Position numbers and translations under genes: made by a program. From Phoronis australis (lineage: Eukaryota; Animalia; Phoronida): a DNA stretch of 64,000 nucleotides. Positions 1 to 12,700 of this stretch are shown here, in pieces. Location of the stretch: contig NMRA01000200.1 in assembly GCA_002633005.1 (NCBI GenBank), forward strand, positions 216,072 to 280,071, given 5' to 3'. The notes under the pieces are model-generated. The model had not been told where the DNA came from. It saw only the letters and a program-made list of their open reading frames with translations, and did not search any database. Each line of letters starts with the position of its first letter. Position 1 is the first letter of the stretch.

Positions 1-103
1 CTCTCCGGCCTCCTTTCGGCGGGGTCGCCTATATTAATATAGGGGGCCCCGCTCTCCGGCCTCCTTTCGGCGAGGCCCCCTATATTAATATAGGGGGCCT
101 CGC
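1..103. repeat. ~51-bp GC-rich tandem repeat with an internal palindrome, truncated by the window edge
   Basis: Two units of CTCTCCGGCCTCCTTTCGGCG..CCTATATTAATATAGGGGGCC; 70-103 is a perfect 34-bp palindrome. Confidence 0.85.
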
Positions 104-709
104 TTTTGAGGTCCAAAATTCAATTTTTTGCCTATGTCATTTTAATAAGAATAAGTCATTTTAAATAATAAGCTGTTATCACCTTTTTACAGGTGCTTCT
201 GGTCAGTGCTTGGCACAGTTTTCTTACTATAAAAGGTATACCTTACGTTTTAGTCAATTTCCATAAACCAAAAGTGTGACATACGTACACGGTGATCAAG
301 TTTTAAAAATGTCAGCCTTTTGATTCAGATAACTACTCAATGGCCTAGACTTCAAGCGATTTCCAGTCCCAGCCCTAGGACATAACAATTTTGTATTTGA
401 CTTGAGCAATGATAACTCGACTGCAGTTCGGCCGCGTAGATACACAGTGTTTGCATCATGTTGCTTGCTATATTGACCAGAAATGCCTTCCAAAAAGGTG
501 GTAATAATGAGTAGGGAACTTGAGTGTCAAAGGTTTCATATCAATACAAGGAAGTCCTTAACTACATATTAAACAGCAGCTTCAAAATGGTGTCTCAACT
601 GAGATGTTTCCAAGCAGTGTTAAAAGGCATGTTTTAGGTACAAAGAGGATGGCATGAAGAGCACTAACTTAAAATATTGCAGTTAAGTAACTGTTGTTAA
701 ATGACTTAC

Positions 710-3700
710 CAAACAAGCCGAGTGGAATTTCTTTTTACACGTCTTGCATTGCAGTTTGGGCAGGTGATAGTTGGAGCCGTGGATGACCGAAAAGCAAATC
801 ATACACTCTTCGACACCACTGAAGTGCTTGTCCAAGTTACGCTTCCATAGAGCTAGGCCATTCACAAGGGAGCCATTCTAAAATGTCACCACAGTTTTAA
901 ATTTGTATAACATATAGGAATAGTTAAGAAAACATGCTTTTAAGAAATTTAAAGCAGAGGCAAACATTGTATAGAGAACGTCTGAAAACAAGATCACCTA
1001 TATGTAAAGCCATGTACCTTAAGTTTAAGCTCTCCATTTCTCCAAGGACATGCACATGAGATAGAAAATTTGTTTTCTGACAGCACGCCGAAGGTCGTGC
1101 AACAATTTCCACTAAAAAAAGTAAGACTGCATTCCACAATATTGACCTGTACAATCGACCTCAAAAACTTTCTTGCAGTAAGAGTACTTATCAGAAAATT
1201 GCAGCTCTGTTCATCACTTCCTAAGTGTGGTCGATTCAATTGAATTACAGATTTAGCTCTCAAATCTACCTGCTACATAACTGAACTGTTAACATGACAT
1301 TGAGTGGAAAGGATATGATTTAGATTGCCGTTAGCTGGTGTCGTGCATGAAATAATTAATAGAATGATGTCCCATAAATCGACAATCTCCCATCATAAAA
1401 GAGTGAACTAGCGATTAAAACTAACCTGGTGAGTGAGGAAGGCAGTCAGCTGTAACATCCACTTGCGCCACTGAGCTTGAGCCACGCCCAGCCTCTTGCT
1501 ACACTCTACAGTGACTGGGGTCAGTGGGTGATTAGTGGACAGCTTGACCACTAGTTCTATACAGCACTCCTCCACACTGTAGCTAGCTATCACCTCACCC
1601 ACTCCTGCGAGTGCTTTAATCTGAGGAATACAACAGCAGTAAAACAGCAATTCAACATGTCTGTATATTTAACCAAATATCTACAAAACCAAAAAATTTA
1701 ACTCAGTAAAAATACATAATCTGAAAGTAGAAAGGCTGCAGAATTTGAACTCTTTACCCATCTATTATTAATTGGGTCATGTTACCTCGTCTTTTAGTAA
1801 AATTCATCAAATCAGAAAGATACATGGATAGCAAAACAATGGTATCAATAACCTGATCAAATTTCACCTGATATAATGTTCGGGGTGAGATTTCCAAAAT
1901 TCTGTTACAGTTTTCTAAAATATTTCATTTTTATTTCACGCAACTCAAAATTTTTTTCATGAAAATCATAAAAGTCGTATTTTTGGTAGCCCCTCATGCA
2001 GAATGGAAACATTTCAACAATTCTTACAAGAACATAAAGCATGGTATCATATGTATCCAATCAGCCGTTTCTAAGTTATGGTGTTCTGAATTAGCCAAAT
2101 TTAGACATTTTTCTTGGGTCCTATTTAACCTTAAGGTTTTCAAGGCATTATGAGAAACCCAAAGGATAAGTGTACCATGATTATAGTGTCTGGCCATTTT
2201 TGATCTGAGGAATACAATATATTTAAACAATTAGTGTTTTGGTCATCACCTTGACCAGACAGAGACACCTGGCATATAGTAATGCAATTCAACTGTACTC
2301 AAATGATTTGAAGTCATTAATTAACAGAAAAGGACAAGTTATTTATCAAGGAAAACTACCAAAAATAACCCTAAGATCTTCCTCACCGTCATGTTATAAT
2401 ATTTGGTCTCTTGTGAATTGACTGCTTCAATTTCTGACAATATCAGAACGGGGCTTACATTCTTTGAAATGTACCTGAAAAGGCAAGTAATAGGATATTG
2501 TACATAATTGTATTGCAAGACGTCCTCAATGAAAAGTAAACAAACATATTAACAAAACCCATCAACTAAACGTGAAAAATTACAAACCTTTCAGCAGCAA
2601 AACTATAATTTTGTCAAAGGCAGTTTCCTCCATTTTATATCGGCTGCCCGTTTTTGGAGGTTGAAACCCCCGGCATCCCTAGTTTTTTGTGTTATACAAT
2701 TACAAAATGACTTCATGGTTTCTTTCCTGAATGACTCTTTAAAAAGTATCCAAATTCCATTCTTCTACTATAAGTAACAAGCAACTGCTTAATTGAGACT
2801 ACTGCAATCATCATATGAAATTATGCAAATTAATCCTCATAGAGCTCTAGACATGTTCTTTACCCTTGTGACATGTAAACGATAATGGTGAATCCACTAC
2901 AATTATCTGTGAGGAATATTTACTCTGCGTGTGCAAGCGCAGAGTACTGTTGTCCCTGGGTTTTCTTCAATTTTATTCTTCTTATTCTTATTCTTCTTCC
3001 GACCAAATTTGACACTTAATAACTCCAAATTGGGTGCAGGCACGTTCTTTAAATTCAGCATCTGATTTTTGACAGTACATAAATTTTGATTCGTTATATA
3101 ATCATATTCCATATTGCACCGGAAGAAGTCGTTTGGTGCAAAGGTCATATAATTTTCAAAATGCTACTCCTTCTTCAGTTTTAAAGCTATCTTTTTCAAA
3201 TTCGGTGCACAGGTATAAGTCAACAACACAATCAGATAAAACAGGTCAAAGGTCATTAGGCGCAAACTAAAATTTTGAGCTAGACACTTCAAATTCACAA
3301 GTCTGATTGGTTCGTCTAATTCAATTCGAAATACAAAGTTTCAGGTTATTAAGTGCAGCCATGGGTTCATTAGGTGCATTTTTCTTCAGAAAATTTGTCC
3401 TTTTCATTCACCAAGTATTCTGTAAGTCACACTTTTCACGGGCTTTGCAATAATTCTCCTAAAGACGCTTATAATGCACCGGATAGGGTCAATTAGTGCA
3501 AAGGTCATCTAACGTTCAAGGAATTCTTTTCTATTTCAGCACACTGTTGTAAGTCAAAATGCAAATTGAACATTCTACTTTACTACGCAATAGGTCTAAC
3601 CAATCAGAAAAATAAGTCAAAGGTCATTGAGTGCAAACTAAAATTTTGAGCAAGAGACTTCAAAATTACACATCTGTTTAGTAAATGCGATTGAGTTTGA

Positions 3701-6700
3701 TTTCTAAATTTTCAGGTCATTTGGTGCACTCATGGGGTCATTAGGTGCATTTTCTTCCAAAAGTTTGACCACTTCATTCATCTTGTATTCTGAAGTGCTT
3801 AAAGTAAAACATCTGTGATTATTAGCATTAACCACACTTTTAATCGAGTTAACAATTACTCCCTCATCAGGGCTCATAATGCACCGGAAGAGGTCAATTA
3901 GTGGAAAGGTCATCAAAAATTAATATGTAATTTCTCCTACAATTTTAAAGAATTCCTTTTCATATTGGTAAACGGGTTGCTGTCAGTAACTTCCCATAAC
4001 AATTCCAGTAATACGCACGCACATAGTCCATTATTGTCATGCTGTACCAATAATCTTTCTAGTTAACTATTATTCTTAGGTCTGCAGTACTAATGAATTT
4101 AAGCGGAAATTATTTTCTTTCTATTTTTTGGAAACTGAATTCACGAGTGTGGTGCAGGAATGTAGTTACACGTCAAAACAGGGTGACAAATGTTCACAGG
4201 CACTTTCAATAAATGATACAGGAGTAGAGTTGCTTGAAACCATTCTACAAATACAGGGTTGTTAACTACCATGATTACAAAAGTAAACATATTCTCATCC
4301 AGTCAACATACCCATTACAATATGCAGCTGCATTCTTATCCAGGTTATTCCACCACAAACGAATCAGGGCTGGTAAGAATCTCATAGTCTGGTAACAGGT
4401 GTGGCACGCCAAATGCTGAACCCAGGTAACAGTTGTCTCAACTACAATTATTACAGTAGACATTACAACAAAAGTGAAATCAATCCTATTCATGACTGCT
4501 GGAAGCTGCACTTCGTGGTTTGAATTAGATAATTATTTTACACTTGAGTCTCAAACTCTTCTCATGGCATGGATATGATGTAGGTAAGACATAACGTTAC
4601 AGGTGAGTAATCTCCTTCAGGACTTAAAACAGTAGGATATTAACTTCACCTTGACAAGTGACCTAAGTCCCTGTATTTAGTCAAATGTGTACAAAACTAT
4701 AGATCTTAGCTGCGTAAAAGTATGTATTTTCTGAAAGTAGTACTGTGTTGAATTTAATTTTTGACGTTTTACGAATCTACCATTAATTGGGTCAAATGAC
4801 CATGTCGTTATTTTAGTAAATTCTATCAAAAAAAGAAAGGTACATTGAATGGAATAAATATAAATGTTTGAGATACAACCTCACAGATGCTGTTAAAGAG
4901 TTCTGAATTATCATTTCCCTTTTGTTTCAAACCTACCCGAAGGTGTCATGTCAGGGTTCTGACTAATCATGACACGTTTACACTGACTGGATTCTGGCAT
5001 CAGACAAAATGCATTGTTCATCAGAGATCCAACATTTCCAGACTTGTGTAGATAAGTTGCGTATTCCACACGCAACTGAAAAAGTCAACAACAATGCGAA
5101 TTTTTAAGACATGCGACAGAGAAGCAAAAGTTTAGATACTAACGAAAAAAGAAATTTTATACATAAAAAGAGGCTCTTAAAGTGCATAAGGAATTAAAAT
5201 TTCTCAAGAAATTTAGTTCAATGGGTAAGTTCGTGCACACCACGAAAGTCGTTCCTTTGGGGCACATTACCTGGTCCACATTGTTCTCAGTCATAACCCA
5301 GTAATTACCTCTAGCTTCTTTTAAACTAATGTAACTTCATGAGTTCACACTAACTAAAACTATGATTTAAAATTTTTCAATAGGAGTAGTTTGCATACCC
5401 TTTAGCGGGGGAATAATAAGCAAATTGATCAGAATTGATTGCAATTAGCAACACGAATTTGCTCCCACGTCAAAATGAAATGGCAAACTGGAATCAATCA
5501 AGTTGTCAGTGGTGAATCTGGCCATAGAAACAATCAGTGAACTCTTATGTCCATGCTAATCAGGTGCAATCAGGAAAGATAATCAGTCGTATCAAAAAAC
5601 AAGAGGTTCCACTCTAAAATATGGTCTGAAATATGGTTTTGAAAAATGGAGCTTTAACCCTTATCCTGTGCTAGGCGAGGTCAGCCGGCCTGCCAATTAT
5701 CCTATTATAATGCCTGTGTTTTTTCTTCAGATGATGGTGTTTCAATAAACGCCGGAACATGTCAAACCGGTTTAAATACATCATTGTTTTTATTAACGTT
5801 ATGCTGTTACTTGCTATCATGGATATCATAATTGTTATTATTATACAATTTTCTTATGAACAGCAATGAATTTAATTCAGTGATAACTGCTCAATACAAA
5901 AATCAAAAAACTTACTTCTGAAGAAGCAACCTTGAAGTACCCAAGCAACAGTTGCCAAGACAACAAGTAGGCTGTGGTCATTGTGTATTCATCAATGTTT
6001 GGTTCAATAACCATACTTTCTCCAACTGAGATACCAGTCAGTATATGGTCAACCACATGAAAACTCGTGTCCAGTGTGGTCATCAGAGCCGTGGGTGGGG
6101 ACCGACTCTTATCCTCTTCATCATTAATGACCTTTACATTGTCAAACTTCACCAGCTCGGGTAGAATTCTGAAACCGAAATCAGCACTCAGAAATGGGCA
6201 AAACAAAAACAAATTGACCCAACAGAATCAAATTGTAGTAACATTGTTCATCATCAGTCATTTCCAAAAATGTGAAATTTTACTCTGTAGAATGTTAACA
6301 TATTAAGCTTACTCCAGTGTCCTCAATTGGTCCAAGTCACGAAATAGGTTTGTTAAATAACCAGTGATTGTCCACAAAGAACACCAGATTGTCCTTAAGG
6401 TATAAATGCCAGATAAGCAGTATGAAAGACACAAAACAGACACTTCTAACACACCCGTGGGCACTTCTAACACACCCGTGGACACTTCTAACACACGTGT
6501 GGACACTTCTAACACACCCGTGGACACTTCTAACACACCCGTGGACACTTCTAACACACCCGTGGACACTTCTAACACACCCGTGAGCACTTCTAACACA
6601 CCCGTGAGCACTTCTAACACACGTGTGGACACTTCTAACATGTTAACACCTTTCTAACACATTTACTACCTGTGAAGCAGGTGAAAAGCTGTCAACTGTA

Positions 6701-9700
6701 CAGCACTGAGGTTAGACAGTAGTAGAGGTGCCAAGTGATTCATCAAGCTCTGCATGTTGTCAGGAAGGTTAGAATCATCACCAGCTTCAAGTTTGGCAGG
6801 TAGTTGATGGGACAACAAGAGCTTGACAGGACAGTGACGGACAGCTTCACCACAATACTGCATCATGCTCATGTATCCATAACTGTCTTGCACATTCTCT
6901 GGAAATCACAAGGGCCGTTGTTCATGTCATTTATCGACGGAATCTGATGCAGCTCACTGTTTTATCAAATTTATCAAATAAACAGGTAGAAAAATTAAGC
7001 AAGTAACTATGTTCTTGTCCCCACAATTTAAAGATACTCTGAATTCAATTGAAGCTGCTATAAGCCTGCTTACAGTCATGAAATTGGTCGAAATTGTTGC
7101 TGGTGATTTGAAAAGAACAGTCAGTTTCTTTTTCCTCAAGATCAGGCTCAACAATTCAGATTGTCACGGAGAGTCATTTTCTGCACATCAACTCAAAATG
7201 AAATGTCAGTTCTTTCCAAGTCCAGAAAATGCTTGTCATCCAGTTGAGGAACAAGTCGAGAGCAGTTTTAAAATTGCAGAAAGTGGTAAAAAGTTCAATA
7301 TCTTTGATACAAAACAGCTTTAATGATAACAATAAAGAAACTATACCAATAACCATGCGCGCACCCAGCCTAAAATATAGGGGGGGCTTAAATTCTTTGT
7401 TATGCGGAACTTTTACTGAAAAAATTCAACGAGGACTCAAAAAAAAACAGGCCACTAGGTTCAGGCCTGCCAATCGTGCATCAACGCCGAATTCCTGTGG
7501 ACTTGTGGACTTTTGTCTCATTTATTCGGACTTTTTGTTTCACTGAGGTGGACCTTTTTACTAAATTCACCAAATTGGGGGGGGGCTCATTCGAGCCCTC
7601 CAAGCCCCCCTGGGTGCGCCCATGATATTAAAGTCACCTGCATTCACAGAGCACTTTAATTCAAAGCAATAATACAATAACCTACATTTCTCAGTCTAAT
7701 TAAAAAGTTAAAATTGAGACGCAAGTTGAAAAATTTCTCAAAGTAACAGTTGAAGGGGTTATACACCTAAGCTCTGTAGGAGAAACCTCAACTTTTGATT
7801 TAAACAACTTTTGATTTAAACAACTCACTGCTATAAAATTGGTCTCCACTTGTTCCTTACTCAAAAAAAAAAACAGTGCAGGTGGCCTGATGTCATTGCG
7901 GTGCATGAGAGGTGCGCAGGCCTCATGGTTGGGCCCACTGCACAAAACACCTGAGCAAAAGCACGAGAGCCCAATTATGGGTCTTCGTGAAGAAAGTTTT
8001 CAAGTTTGCCAGGCTCCTTTAGGAAAACGGACAGACGTTTCCATTTGTGGCCATGCACTATATGTTGTAGGCATGTAACAGTGCCATCCAGTAGGTTGTT
8101 CCTTAGCCTACAAAAAGCTGGGCAAGACTCTAACAGGTGTTTAGGAGATTCTACGTCAGTGCCACACTCAGGACACACTGGGCTCCCCATATGCTCGGTA
8201 ATGTGTCTGTGTCGGGCTAGGTTACAGTGGCCCGTCAAAATTCCTTACTCAGACGAGAAGGGTTTTTTGGCCTTGAAAAGAACTTGACACTTCATTATCG
8301 ATCCCTCAAGACCAGGCTTGATTTATAAAATGACGTGTCATGGCAAGTCAGCTTCTACAGCTTGGTTTCAAGCACTAAAGAACTGTCAGTTCTTCCCAAA
8401 CCAGACCACATGTCTTTTTGAGACCAATTTCATAACAGACAGTGATCTACTTCAAAGGTGATTTTTTTATGATGGAAGGTGGGTTTATAACCGCTCTAAG
8501 CAACACAAAGTTAAACACGTTCCTGAGCTAACCTGCAAGTTGGATGAACAGAGGAAACAATACAGAGAATATGCCTTCACTGAAAAACTCCTCCCACTCA
8601 GTCATAAGATTGACAGGACTGTCTTGGCGAGCAGACGACATGAAGTCTGCAATACATTTTACCAACTGAGAGAGTCTTACTAGGAAGACCTGAGCATGAA
8701 AACTGGTAAGAAGGCTTTCTGTACTTGGTGGACATGTCTGAAAAAGACAATTTTACTTTCTTACTATGCGCCGTGTAGTGTGTCTCTCACCAAAAGACAA
8801 ATGTACCAATATATCATGTCACTGACCACAGAAGTGTTTTTGTTGTGCATTTTAAAGAAAATGTTACTTCACATTTATGCAAAACTCAAACTTAAGTGGA
8901 TTAACTTAGGACAGAGATAACCCAGGACAAAGTCGAAGCTTTATAGCAAAGCTAATTTTTTTTATAGCAATCTGTGAACACTCAACAAATACCAAAATCG
9001 ATACCAAGCGAATTAAAACAAAACAGAGACCTACCTGGCACCATGAGACCGTGTTGCAAAGAATGAAATCCCAGTCTTGAGCAGTCAATTGACTGGCATT
9101 ATAATGAATTGACTTAGAAAAGAACAGCATTACTTCAGAATTGAAGGCGGCCACTGGCTCACTGCTATCATCTAAAGTACTGAAATAACAGAAAATACAA
9201 ATAACGCTTGTTGAAAGATAAATACATAATTAGTCATGAATTTTAAGAACTCAGAAACATCATTCTTAGAAAAATCCTTTGGCACAAATTCCTAAATGTC
9301 TCGGAACTCGAGTATTGTATTCTTAAACAAAATTGCATATAGGACCTCCCACAGGAAGAATCTTTTCCAAAGTTCATAAGAAAGTTACGTCCAGACAATG
9401 TACTGACTACCAACAAAACTGACAGACGGGACAACTGCATTTTCTTACGGACCTGACAGGTTGCATATAAATTAACTCACTTGCAAAACAAAAAGAGTTC
9501 ATCCATTTGATCTCGCCACACTCTTAGTTCAGACATAACACAACAGATGACACTAGCAGGAGCATAGTTAACCAGGCTAGTCAGAAGTGAAAGACAGCCC
9601 AGACCACCTGTAATGATACACTCTAAAGTGATTTACAGAAATCATGACAAAATCGTCATTTCTTCAACACTGTAACAAGGAGCAAGAAGTGCAGTGTAAA

Positions 9701-12700
9701 CAGGACATTTTGGAACAAAAAATATGAAAGCCATGATATGTTCCAATAGATTTTTATATTATTCATTTAAGTTGGGAAATGTTATACAGGTGACTGTTTC
9801 CGGGAGTCATTTTTGGTTTTTGAACATTTTAAAATTAAGAAGGCAAAAAAGGACGAAAATGTGGACCTACATAATACCTGATTACCATGACACAAGTGAG
9901 CACATGTCATTACCATGAAATGATTGAATATTATTCGTTAGCAGTAAATCCAACATACTAAGATAATGGCAAATGGGTGCAATGTAACTCTTCAAAATTT
10001 CATTTTCTCCAATAAAAGACTCAACAGGACACTGTGAGATGGTAGAAATAGCTAGTCCACAAAACATCATCCTTATACTCCAAAGTACTCATTGCTACCA
10101 CATCAATCACTCACCATTGTTGAACATAACTCACCCTCAAACGTTGACACTTGTTTACTCTCCAGACTTATCATCTTGGCAGCTGAAAGCTCGGCCAGTT
10201 GCTCTTTAGAACTATCATCAAACTTAGAAACATTGCATAAGAATGAATTAAGAACAGGAGGCGAGAGACTTGATACTCTGGAAAAACAGATAAATAGCAA
10301 AATGCCATCAGAGAATAGAATACAGTAAATTCATTTTAATTTCCATAATACTTATTATTACTTGATTTAACACACGCAATAATTTCATTAACTTAATAGA
10401 TTTTCTCGATCCTTACATACAATTACAATAGATGGAAACCTAAAAAACACTAGCCCAAGTCCATGCCACATAGATAAACAACTGAACTGTTGTGATTAAT
10501 AATGCAAAATATTTGTTACCTACACTTTTGTAGCATAATTAATTCCTCGCAACAGACACACCGATACCACCAAGCATGTTGAATATGTCAACATGTTGAT
10601 AGATATCATAAGACGATAGATTGGATAGCATCATAAACCATAGCTCACCTTAGAAGTACAGTCCATATTGACTTACCTGTCAAAACCACCCAGCCTGTTA
10701 AAGATGTCAACATTTTTATAGACATCATAAGACAATAAATAGGATGGTACCATACACCAAGCCCCGCCTCTCTCCACAGACCTGTCAATCATGAGTAAAA
10801 CAAGAGTGTTAACTCGTTATTGATGTTCACTTAATGTTGATACTGTCACAATGTGTGAAGACAACTTATATATCAAAACTGTTAAGTACACAGCACAGGT
10901 CACAAAGCAAGCAGCCATCCCAAACTCTGTAGACAGCATGAAGGTGTGAGTTAAAGAACCAAGGATCGGATATTCAAAAACATTACGGACAAGCGTTGAA
11001 ATATTTTTAAGGGCTCATGATATCCCATTATCAGGTCAACCAATCTAACGCGAGACTTCCAGGAAAGAATAGGGTTGATCACATAGGACCAGTCACTCAT
11101 ATTGACATCAGGCTACTCCAGGAGGTACTTCTCTTTCACAGCAGGTGGCACAGGGCAACATTGTTTACTTCGTAAAAAGGCCCTTTTACAGAGTATATAT
11201 TTAAATGTTATGTTCTTTCAAACAAAAGTGAAATTGCATCCTCGTCCCCTAAAGGTGACTAGTATCTAGTACCACGTGATCAGTATACATGTCGTTACTT
11301 GAAAGTCTTACGCTTCAGACAGTGAGGCGTTACTATGTATAGCTAATCATGAGCTTTACTCCACAGACCAAGCACGGTAACAGGGAACTATTTTCAGTCA
11401 TTGATATGAAATTGTAGATTAAGGACCTTTGCCTCAGGCAACATGTTTACAGCACATACAACACTCTAATCTTAACACTAGAACAAGTATGGATGTTTTA
11501 TCAGACAGTGTCCATTATGAATGTAAACTTCAAATTACTGCGACAATCAGAGTGCACAGAACTTGCAATTATCATTGCGAGCAATGAGCCGCAATGTAAA
11601 TTGCGATTCAGAGTGACACCCTTATATCATTCACACTTGACTCTTCTGCGCAAATGTGGGTTGCAGTTAGAGTTATAATACAGGTGATCAGTCATCGTTA
11701 TATCAGTAATTAACACACAAAGTATATGGTGTGGTATAATAAAAAGTAAATGAAAGTGGCTAGACATAGCTACAGCTTGTTTGCAAGTCTAGTGCATACC
11801 TTTGTATGGCAGACTCCATAAGGGATTTGACTTGAGTGCCTCCTGGTGTGGCACTAATCAAAGCTAACCTTATCTTGTCACTCAAGATAGTAGCTAAGTC
11901 CTCAACTTCAGAGTACGATACCTGGAAAGCAACAGTTGACATTACAATGCCAAGAAATCAACAGTTCACAGAACAATGTACAAATACCTATGAGTACAAA
12001 AACCTCAAACAATAACTCCAAGGGAAGGAGAGAATACTTGTTTGGCCAAAAAGCAGCTGGACACACCAATGGTCCTTCCACTGGTGCATCACATCCTAGA
12101 ATGCCACCAATCGTGCCTAGCTATTACAGTGACATCTAGCTGCAAAATTGAATATCTTTTTCCCATCATATTCTTCAGCTCACCATCCAGTGCCAACAAT
12201 GTTACAAGCAAGCAACTTTTAGAGGCAGCGCAAAGTATCATCTCACCAAAATTATGAAGATGACGTACAACCTTAAGCAGGGTAGCAGTAATTAGTTTGT
12301 GTAGCTGGATGTTAACCTGTTTGTGTGCAGGTTTTACTGCAGAACAAAGTGACTTCCAGTAGCAGCCATCTAGTACAGTGTTGACCCACAGTTCACAGTC
12401 CTCCTCATCAGTGACACACTTCTGCAGCAGGCTCAAGTTGAAAGCAGCCACCATACCAGCTGAGAGAGAGCTTGAGTGAGAGGCAGAAGAGTTCTTCGAC
12501 CTCACATTAAAGCCCAGAGCACCAGACATAACAGGCCCTTCAAACCACTGGAAGTGTATTAACATAGCATAACATCATCAAAACTTCACAAAGCAATTCA
12601 GCATTGGGATTGAACTTAAAACACTTGTGAACCGAATTTCAAGTGACACCAAAGAATTAATAAAACTCTATGATGAATAATTTATTCATTAATGCAACTT

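Noticed and set aside
6309-6657. Periodic ORFs (VLEVSTG)n, (LLTHPWT)n, (DTSNTPV)n
   Set aside because: They are translations of a 21-bp intronic minisatellite that lacks stops in several frames.
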